From positions 186,001-250,000 of IMG/VR virus record IMGVR_UViG_3300047320_000285: a stretch of 64,000 bases of DNA. One strand, written 5' to 3'. The stretch's first letter is position 1. Each line of letters starts with the position of its first letter. The position numbers were made by a program, and so were the translations under genes. This document shows positions 56,880 to 64,000 of this stretch, piece by piece. The notes below the pieces were generated by a model. The model was not told the origin of the DNA. It searched no databases and worked only from the letters and a program-made list of their open reading frames with translations.

Positions 56880-58460
56880 ATGAACCAGTATCTCGCCCCC
56901 ATTGGCAATCAAGGCCTGCGTATCGTGCTGATGTTTATCGCCGACACGGGTACGTACGACCAGCAGTTCCAGCGACCGTTTCAGGCGTCGTTCGATCGCG
57001 ACGCGATCAGTGCGCTGCAAGAACGTGTGGCGACTGGCGCGCACATCGTGCCGGGCTCGCTGGCCGGTGTCCTCAATGGCCAGCAGGACTATGTGATTGC
57101 CCCGCAGGTCCAGCCGGAAAAGCCGATCCAGATCGTCAATGGCTGGAATGAGCACAAGTTCCGCTGGCTGGCGATTGCCGAGAACACCGACCGTCTGGGG
57201 GTGAAAACCTACGAACTGGTCACCGGCTTCACGGATTACCGGGGTATCAGTTTCACCGGTGAGCTGGATCCGAACATGGTGTTCTATATCGGCAACATTC
57301 TGACGCTGCGCCACACGAACGTGTTGACGCCGGGTGGCAATCGCACCTACTTCAACGTGGCGGATGCGTCGCAGTTGCTGGTGGCGGACGAATGGCAAGG
57401 GGTGTCGAATGCTGGGTTCCGGTTGCGGCCGACCGACTTGTTCACGGCGATGGATCGCACCCATCTTGAACAGGACATGCTCGATCAGGGTATCACCGAT
57501 ACGCGCAACATGGTGACCGGTCAGGCGGTGAAGTCACGCCGTTCCAATGGTGTCGGTACCGCCTACGCGGCCGGTATCATCGAGAACTACAAGAATGCCC
57601 GCACGATGGACCAGTATGGTCAGTCCGAGGACATGATTCTCGACTTCGCCCGCACCAACACGCTCGAAGCCCCGTTGACCAACGACATGTTTATCCGGGC
57701 CGTGGCCCGGGAGCGTGGCGTGCCGATCACAGCGTTCTTCACGTGGCAGGATCTGTGTCGGGTTGATCCGAATGTCCAGAACGACCAGATCACCAAGGTC
57801 GTGCTGATGGGCTCGCCGCGCGAGATCGTCAATACGGACATGAACGACGTACGTTCGGGTCGTAACAACGAATGGGGCGTCGCCGACCGGCCGACCCAGC
57901 TGGCCACCATCTTGCAGCAAGCCGTGCCGGGGATCATGATGGAACTGGCGCTCTCGGGCGTGGTGTTCCGTGCGACCAACCGGACGATTGGTGGCGGGAT
58001 CCACATCGAGGTGTTGAACTGGCAGGATTTCCCCAGCTTGACGGGTGCGCAGATCGACATGTCGGAGTTCATTCAGGCCTTCAAGCATCGGTTGCAAACC
58101 GAAGTGCTGATTGATCTGTCGTTTAGCGGGCAGGCCGACTTTGCAATGCACATGGAAGTCGACTTGCTCGGTGAGACGGTGATCGAGCTGGAATGGAACG
58201 GTGGCGAGCTGAAGCGTTGGGTAGTGCCGTCGTTTGCGGATGCGTTGTTGACGCCGCTGGTGACGGGTGACATTCGTCGGCCGACGTGGATTGCCAAGAA
58301 CTTCCAAGGCGTGTTCGATGGCGTGCTGGGGACCAGCCACACCGAAATGCCCGAAGGCAACGACGACATGTTCACGGGCGGCGGTCGTGCGCCGGCCGGG
58401 TTCCCAAACAACCCGCGTGGCGGTAACAACAGTGGCCAAGGCGGCTTCGGTCTGATTTAA
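56880..58460 (+). CDS. picA: Phage nucleus protein importer PicA/Imp1 (phiKZ gp69-like)
   Basis: 526 aa directly after the gp68-like gene; N-terminal TGTYDQQFQRPF segment; mainly gene order. Confidence 0.68.
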   Translation: MNQYLAPIGNQGLRIVLMFIADTGTYDQQFQRPFQASFDRDAISALQERVATGAHIVPGSLAGVLNGQQDYVIAPQVQPEKPIQIVNGWNEHKFRWLAIAENTDRLGVKTYELVTGFTDYRGISFTGELDPNMVFYIGNILTLRHTNVLTPGGNRTYFNVADASQLLVADEWQGVSNAGFRLRPTDLFTAMDRTHLEQDMLDQGITDTRNMVTGQAVKSRRSNGVGTAYAAGIIENYKNARTMDQYGQSEDMILDFARTNTLEAPLTNDMFIRAVARERGVPITAFFTWQDLCRVDPNVQNDQITKVVLMGSPREIVNTDMNDVRSGRNNEWGVADRPTQLATILQQAVPGIMMELALSGVVFRATNRTIGGGIHIEVLNWQDFPSLTGAQIDMSEFIQAFKHRLQTEVLIDLSFSGQADFAMHMEVDLLGETVIELEWNGGELKRWVVPSFADALLTPLVTGDIRRPTWIAKNFQGVFDGVLGTSHTEMPEGNDDMFTGGGRAPAGFPNNPRGGNNSGQGGFGLI

Positions 58461-58497
58461 ACTACAACGCCCGTGTTTTGGCACGGGTAGGAGAAAA

Positions 58498-59796
58498 ATG
58501 ATGTCTACCAAAAAACTGATTCAAACCTACCGGGAACTGCTCGCCACGGCTGACCTCGAAGTCACCGAGGACGACTGCGTGAGTCTGCGCGTGCCGAGTA
58601 AGGAAAAGATCAAGCTCGTGCCGCTCACGCTCAAGGGCAAGCGGTTGGTGCTGCCGACCAAGGAGCATCTCGCGCAACACGACTGGGATAGCCGGGTGTG
58701 TTTCCATCCACTCTCGGAAAACACCGGTGCCGGTGAATCGGAAGTGCTCGAGAAGTATCGGGCCTGTCTGAACCATCGTTTCAACACGGTGGTGCCGATC
58801 ATCATGCTGGCGCTGATGCGCATCGGCGCGTCGCTGGACGACCAGAAGAAGCTCGATCCTGAACAGGCCGAGTTCCTGCCCGCCGTCAAGAACGTCGACA
58901 AGACGCTGATCGAATCGTTCACCACGATCTTGGGCAAGATGCCGGCCAATACGCCGACCAAACAGTTCGTCAACATCTTCCTGCGCCGCAGTGCCAAGCT
59001 CGGGGATGTCTCGTACTTCCGTGCGGGCATCGTGCACTTCCCGTTCTACACCGAACTGCTCAAGCGTGAAGGCACCGTGCATGGCGTGAAACTGCGCAAG
59101 AAGGATTTCGACGTGCTGATCAACCTGATGGATTACATTCTCCCCCATCAGGGTGAAGTGAACTACTACAGCCGGGGTTCGGATTCGCGCACGGCGCCGT
59201 CGACCGATGCGATCATGAAGGCGGTGATGGCAGTGGCCGGACCGTTGAACGATGTGGTAGAACGCTTCGGCAAACTGCTGCCGGACGATCTGGAAATCCC
59301 GTGCGAATGGGCCTCGACGTTCGATAACGTGGGGACGCTGATCAACGAGATCCGTGACATTCCGATGCTGCAAGGCAACGAAGGCACGTTCGAAGACGAC
59401 AAGCCGAGTGCGGTGGCACCTGCAGTGGCGGTTCATCAGGCGCAATCGCAAGAGCAGCAACGTGCGCCAGTGCCGGGTCGGGCGGGTGCCGCACCGGCTG
59501 GCGACTATCGGGCACCCGTGCCCAGTACCGCCGGCCAGCGTCCGAGCCACGACAGCAAGACTACCGATCTGGAAGCCTTGTTGCGCGGCAATCCGGCTTT
59601 GGCTCAGCAGGCAGGGCTCGCCGGCCAGCGTTGGGGTGGTTATCAGCAACCGCAACAAACCCGCGCGACTGCAGCTAATCCGCAAACGCCGATGGGTGGT
59701 GGTTTCCAACGCGGCGCGGGTTGGGGCAATAACAACCAAGGTGGCGGCAGCAGCTGGGGCGGCCAAGGCGGTGGCGGTTGGCGGCCGTCGATTTAA
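58498..59796 (+). CDS. Conserved hypothetical protein (phiKZ gp70 position) with Q/G/W-rich disordered tail
   Basis: 432 aa; FHPLSEN motif; gene order. Confidence 0.65.
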   Translation: MMSTKKLIQTYRELLATADLEVTEDDCVSLRVPSKEKIKLVPLTLKGKRLVLPTKEHLAQHDWDSRVCFHPLSENTGAGESEVLEKYRACLNHRFNTVVPIIMLALMRIGASLDDQKKLDPEQAEFLPAVKNVDKTLIESFTTILGKMPANTPTKQFVNIFLRRSAKLGDVSYFRAGIVHFPFYTELLKREGTVHGVKLRKKDFDVLINLMDYILPHQGEVNYYSRGSDSRTAPSTDAIMKAVMAVAGPLNDVVERFGKLLPDDLEIPCEWASTFDNVGTLINEIRDIPMLQGNEGTFEDDKPSAVAPAVAVHQAQSQEQQRAPVPGRAGAAPAGDYRAPVPSTAGQRPSHDSKTTDLEALLRGNPALAQQAGLAGQRWGGYQQPQQTRATAANPQTPMGGGFQRGAGWGNNNQGGGSSWGGQGGGGWRPSI

Positions 59797-59797
59797 G

Positions 59798-59856
59798 ACG
59801 GCATAAAGCCAGCTAAGCGGTACAGAGTTCGCCCTCTGTACCGCCTCTTTTTTTGG
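59798..59856. terminator. Bidirectional terminator
   Basis: ACGGCATAAA, then a GCGGTACAGAG/CTCTGTACCGC stem, then a T-run. Confidence 0.75.
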
Positions 59857-60204
59857 TCAGTTCTGACCGGTGTTATACAGACTGACGATGGTCTGCACTA
59901 CGCTGAAATCGGGCTTCAGATACTGCAACAGATCTTGCGTGGCTTCTTCCGGCGCACTCAGACCGGTCATGCGCATGATCAGCCAGTGAAACTCGTACGG
60001 CACGTTGTCGTTGTTCAGCAGCCCAAAGAAGTCGGCTTCAAATCGATAGGCTAGGCCGGGTTCCACCGCGACCGGTACGGTCTTCGGATGGATGATGAGC
60101 CATGTCAGTGCGTCTTCCAGCGCATTGCGCAAGCCATCGGTATAAAAGATCTGTTTGTCCGTGCCCGAGGCTTGAGCATTGATGGACATAGTCGAGAGTG
60201 CCAT
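59857..60204 (-). CDS. Small protein, possibly LysM-like baseplate component
   Basis: AAGGG SD and TATG upstream; YRFEADFFGLL...WLIMRMTG pattern recalls LysM-type baseplate proteins. Confidence 0.45.
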   Translation of the reverse strand: MALSTMSINAQASGTDKQIFYTDGLRNALEDALTWLIIHPKTVPVAVEPGLAYRFEADFFGLLNNDNVPYEFHWLIMRMTGLSAPEEATQDLLQYLKPDFSVVQTIVSLYNTGQN

Positions 60205-60327
60205 AGTACGCCCTTATTTGCTTTATTGAAAAACAATCACATATCATCAAAAGGAGCAGGTTGTCGCCCAGATAACTGTGTTCAGGATAGACGAGAATCA
60301 ATGACACTGTATTACAAGGAGAACTAA

Positions 60328-62481
60328 GTGCGGCCCGAACCTAATGAACTTAGGCCCGAGTTGCTGAGTACGCTGGCGATTAATTCGTTTAAGCAGACCA
60401 ACTCAGCGTCTCGGGACCAGATGCTCTCGAATCACATTGGCCAGCATCTGACCATTGAGAAAGGCGAAGAGCGGCTGTGCCAGTCCGGCAATGAAGCCAA
60501 GTTTGGCATGTACACCTTTGGCGTCAAGATGCCCGCCAACGGATATGTGGTCAAACACATCGAGCGCTATGAGCGCACCTACGACGCAGCAATTGCGTTC
60601 AGTCCTGAAGCCGTGCTGATTTTCGAGCACGAAGAAGGCCATGAGATCGATGTGCTGAAGCTGCCGCGCCACAGTCAACAACACCCGTATTTCGGCTTCG
60701 CTTATAAGCCGGGTCCGGCGATGGGGCGGCTCAAGCCCGGCAATGATATCCCGGAAGGCATGACGTTCTTGGATTCGCCGGCGATTAACGCACACAAGGG
60801 CTACGAGATGGCCCTGAATCTGAACGTGGCGTTTATGAGTGTACCGGGTGTCGCTGAGGACGGCATCGTGATCTCCGAGAGCTGTGCCAAGCGCTTTGCG
60901 TTCCGGATTTACGAAACGCGCGTGATCGAGTGCGGTGGCAAAGCGTTCCCCGTCAACGCCTACGGCTATAAGGACGAAGCCACGGGTAAGGTGATCTATA
61001 AGCCCCATCCGGATATTGGTGACGAGATCCGGGCAGATGGGTTGCTGATGGCGCTGCGCAGCTACGACGAGATGCTGGCGCCGATCGAGCAGAGCGTGGA
61101 AGATCTGCTGGAAGTCGACCGCTTCTTTGACCAGTCGACCTATGTCGGCGCGGGTGGTCGGGTGGTGGATATCAAAGTCCATCATCAGGGCACCAACCCC
61201 CAGCCGATGTTGCCCGAAGGCATGGAAGAGCAGATGCTCAAGTACGACCGGGCCCGGCGGTTGTATTATCAGGCGATTCTCGATGAATGGTTGCGTCTAA
61301 AGCGCGAGCGCGGCGGCAAGCTGTTGTTCACGCCGCGTTTTTCGGCCTTGGTACGGGAAGCCATCTCGGTGGTGGGGAGCAATTCCACCGCACCGAACGA
61401 GAACATCAAGATGCTGTATCGCCAGTCCCCACTGGATGAATGGCGTCTGGAGTTCACGGTCGAGTATATCGTGATCCCGAAGAAGGGGGCCAAGCTCACC
61501 GACTTCCATGGCGGCAAGGGCGTGATCTGTGAAATCCTGCCGGATGACCAGATGCCGATGGATGCCCATGGCAATCGCGCCGATGCGATTATGGATGGCG
61601 GCGCGACCGTCAGCCGGATGAACTACGGCCGTCTGTATGAGCATTTCTTCAATGCGGCAAGCCGGGATCTGGTGCGCGAGCTGACGATCGGGCTGGGTTT
61701 CCAACCGACCTCGAAAGATGTCTACAAGAAACTCACCGCGCTGGAAGAAGACAACCCGGCCTTGTTCGAGCATGCGTGGAACCGTCTGATGGGGCTGTAC
61801 GAAATCATCAGTCCGCGCCAGTACGCGATGTTCATCGGGGGACGTTACGAGAATGGCCGACAAGGCTATCGCTCGCAGCATCTGTCGCGGGTCATCAAGC
61901 ACTATCTCGACAAAAACCAAGGTGCGCATCTGTTTGTGCCGACCGACAACGAGCCGGAAGTCACCGACATCGTGCGCAACCTGCAAGCGTTCTGTCCGCC
62001 GCTGAACGAACCGGTCACGTATGTGGGTAATTCGGGTCGCCGGGTCACCACCGTCAATCCGGTACAAATCGCCCCGCTGTACGTGATGTTGCTGGAAAAG
62101 ATCGCCGACGACTGGTCCGCCTGTCCGTCTGGCAAGCTGCAACACTTCGGCGTGCTCTCGCAACTGAGCGCGGGAGACAAGTACTCCAAACCCACCCGGA
62201 CCCAACCGATTCGGGCGATGGGGGAATCCGAAGTCCGGATCTACGGCGCGTACTGTGGCACGGAAGTCACCGCTGACATGCTGGACAAGAATAACAATCC
62301 GTTCACGCACAAATACATGCTCCAGCAGATCTATAGCGCGGACAAGCCTACGGCCATCAAGACCATTGTGGACCGGAGCAAAGTACCGATGGGGGGTTCC
62401 AAACCATTGCAGTTGATCAAACACATCGCCAGCGCCGGCGGTTGGAAGTTTGTCTACGAACCGGCCCGAACGACACAGTAA
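60328..62481 (+). CDS. Non-virion RNA polymerase beta subunit, C-terminal part (phiKZ gp71-73-like), uninterrupted
   Basis: NSASRDQM, AEDGIVISES, GAKLTDFHGGKG and GESEVR motifs; AAGGAG SD with GTG start. Confidence 0.92.
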   Translation: MRPEPNELRPELLSTLAINSFKQTNSASRDQMLSNHIGQHLTIEKGEERLCQSGNEAKFGMYTFGVKMPANGYVVKHIERYERTYDAAIAFSPEAVLIFEHEEGHEIDVLKLPRHSQQHPYFGFAYKPGPAMGRLKPGNDIPEGMTFLDSPAINAHKGYEMALNLNVAFMSVPGVAEDGIVISESCAKRFAFRIYETRVIECGGKAFPVNAYGYKDEATGKVIYKPHPDIGDEIRADGLLMALRSYDEMLAPIEQSVEDLLEVDRFFDQSTYVGAGGRVVDIKVHHQGTNPQPMLPEGMEEQMLKYDRARRLYYQAILDEWLRLKRERGGKLLFTPRFSALVREAISVVGSNSTAPNENIKMLYRQSPLDEWRLEFTVEYIVIPKKGAKLTDFHGGKGVICEILPDDQMPMDAHGNRADAIMDGGATVSRMNYGRLYEHFFNAASRDLVRELTIGLGFQPTSKDVYKKLTALEEDNPALFEHAWNRLMGLYEIISPRQYAMFIGGRYENGRQGYRSQHLSRVIKHYLDKNQGAHLFVPTDNEPEVTDIVRNLQAFCPPLNEPVTYVGNSGRRVTTVNPVQIAPLYVMLLEKIADDWSACPSGKLQHFGVLSQLSAGDKYSKPTRTQPIRAMGESEVRIYGAYCGTEVTADMLDKNNNPFTHKYMLQQIYSADKPTAIKTIVDRSKVPMGGSKPLQLIKHIASAGGWKFVYEPARTTQ

Positions 62482-62493
62482 CAAGGAGGCACG

Positions 62494-63999
62494 ATGTACG
62501 AAATCACTGCCCGCGACATGCTCCGCTTCGAACCCAGCGAATTGTGGGAGCATCTGACCGGGGACTTTACGTTGGTGTTTGACAACGGGGAGAAGATCGA
62601 GACCAATGCGATCATGACCTTCTTCTCGTCGTTTGCGTGGGTCTACCATCGCAAGTATCCGCTGACCCCGTTGTTGCCCAAGCACCACGTGCAGGTGCTG
62701 CTCAACGGTCGGCGTTATTCGGCCAATACCCATCTGGAGATCCTCGGGGTGGCGTTGGAATCCACCTACGCCTCGTATCTGGATCTGGGTGAGCAACTTG
62801 ATCGGGATGTCTTGGCTGAAGTGCTGTTTTACGACGGCATGAGTGCGATCTACAACGACTGGTCGTATCGGTTCGAGGAGTATGTGGCCTCGATCAGCAT
62901 TCTGAACTTCACCGAGATCTTGGATGACCCCGAGATCAAGGCGAACAAGGAAGCGCAGGTGCCGGAAGCGTGGTCGATTGAGGAAGCCTACAAGGTGATG
63001 GATCGGGTGCTCAACGATCCCACCAAGTTCCAGAACAACCCGGTGGTGCTCGCCTATCGCTCTAAGTTGGTCAACGCCAATCAGTTGCAACAGTCGTTGG
63101 GTCCGCGGGGCTATGTGACCGACACGGACTCGCACCAGTTCCGCTATCCGATCATGCGCGGGTACGTGGAGGGCCTGCGCCGCTTCTACGACTCGCTGAT
63201 CGAATCGCGCTCGGCCTCGAAAGCGTTGCAGTTCTCCAAGGCCAACCTGCGGGACGCGGAGTATTTCTCGCGTAAGCTGCAGCTCGCCTGTATGCAGGTC
63301 AAGCGCCTGCACAAGGGCGACTGTGGCGCCAAGGAGTATCTGTTGTGGACAGTCCAAGGCGAGAAATTCGATGACCAAGGCCGGAAGATCAGCAGTGGTG
63401 ACCTGCCGTTGATTGTGGGCGCGAACTATCTGGATGAGGAAAGCGGCCGGCTCAAGGCGATCCAAGGCAACGAGAAGCATTTCGTGGGCAAGACGATCAA
63501 ATTGCGCAATCCGATTTTCTGTAACCATGCGGACGCCGATGGGATCTGCGAGACCTGTTTTGGTGAGCTGAGCTTGCAGGTGCCTAAGCTTACCAATATC
63601 GGTCACTTGTGCTGTGTGACGATGACGGAGCCATCCACGCAGTCGGTGCTGTCGGTCAAGCACTTGGACGGCAATGCTACCATCGAGTCGATTGTGCTTG
63701 ACATGGCGGATGTGATGTTCCTGAAGGCTTCACGAGATCGACAGTCGTATCTGTTGCACGATCGCCTCGCGAAGCTGCAGCCCAAACTGATCATCCCAAG
63801 TGAAGATGCACAAGCCCTTAACGACGTGATGAGCGTGGATGACGTGGAGGACTTTAACATCTCGCGTATCTCCGAGCTGGACATCCTCGGCATTCAGTAC
63901 ACCGAGAAGGGTCAGCGCTTCCTGCACAGTGCGCAAGTCCATATGGGCAAGCGTAAATCCTCGATGACGTACGCGTTGCTGAACCATATCCGTCGTCAA
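62494..63999 (+). CDS. Non-virion RNA polymerase beta-prime, second subunit (phiKZ gp74-like; partial, runs off the window)
   Basis: AAGGAGG SD and ATG 62494; my translation gives GPRGYVTD, IESRSASKAL, EYFSRKLQL, DCG and a Cys cluster (CNH..GICETCFG). Not in the ORF track. Confidence 0.88.
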   Translation, partial: MYEITARDMLRFEPSELWEHLTGDFTLVFDNGEKIETNAIMTFFSSFAWVYHRKYPLTPLLPKHHVQVLLNGRRYSANTHLEILGVALESTYASYLDLGEQLDRDVLAEVLFYDGMSAIYNDWSYRFEEYVASISILNFTEILDDPEIKANKEAQVPEAWSIEEAYKVMDRVLNDPTKFQNNPVVLAYRSKLVNANQLQQSLGPRGYVTDTDSHQFRYPIMRGYVEGLRRFYDSLIESRSASKALQFSKANLRDAEYFSRKLQLACMQVKRLHKGDCGAKEYLLWTVQGEKFDDQGRKISSGDLPLIVGANYLDEESGRLKAIQGNEKHFVGKTIKLRNPIFCNHADADGICETCFGELSLQVPKLTNIGHLCCVTMTEPSTQSVLSVKHLDGNATIESIVLDMADVMFLKASRDRQSYLLHDRLAKLQPKLIIPSEDAQALNDVMSVDDVEDFNISRISELDILGIQYTEKGQRFLHSAQVHMGKRKSSMTYALLNHIRRQ

Positions 64000-64000
64000 G

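Noticed and set aside
61297-63663. Long antisense or alternate-frame ORFs (e.g. 61297-63663, 19405-21480, 46893-48806, 22292-23794, 8972-10345)
   Set aside because: They shadow real genes on the opposite strand, an expected effect of GC-rich codon bias. They lack SD sites and motifs and have Arg/His/Gln-rich shadow composition.
1-64000. CRISPR array, rRNA, tRNA, transposase or intein
   Set aside because: I saw no regularly spaced repeats, cloverleaf, IS ends or intein motifs; terminase, polymerase and RNAP genes are of normal length.

Overview
This window is the conserved core of a nucleus-forming, phiKZ-like jumbo phage (Chimalliviridae) with GC-rich codon usage. From left to right it holds: a partial gp181-like tail gene; virion RNA polymerase beta-prime and beta; head genes and the prohead protease; a small accessory island with a phage acyl carrier protein; tail tube, sheath and structural genes; terminase; a ~650 bp non-coding, palindrome-rich region; small hypothetical genes; and PhuZ tubulin. 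These are followed by a tandem run of diverged paralogues, family B DNA polymerase, chimallin (ChmA), and the non-virion RNAP block with an SbcD-like nuclease, ChmC-like, gp68-like, PicA/Imp1-like, beta and beta-prime genes. Two paralogous free-standing homing endonucleases are present. phiKZ gene numbers come from recalled motifs and gene order, not from a database search. The strongest unexplained signals are non-coding. Two gene-free, densely base-paired regions are each bounded by a promoter-like motif and an intrinsic terminator (35590-36268 and 40797-41245) and look like large structured RNAs. An origin-like region (29140-29760) combines a G-quadruplex motif, several hairpins, phased TGTTAC repeats and an AT-rich tract. 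Other signals are a duplicated early promoter/leader cassette, a family of terminators flanked by GGCATAA/TTATGCC, and a probable ATC start codon.
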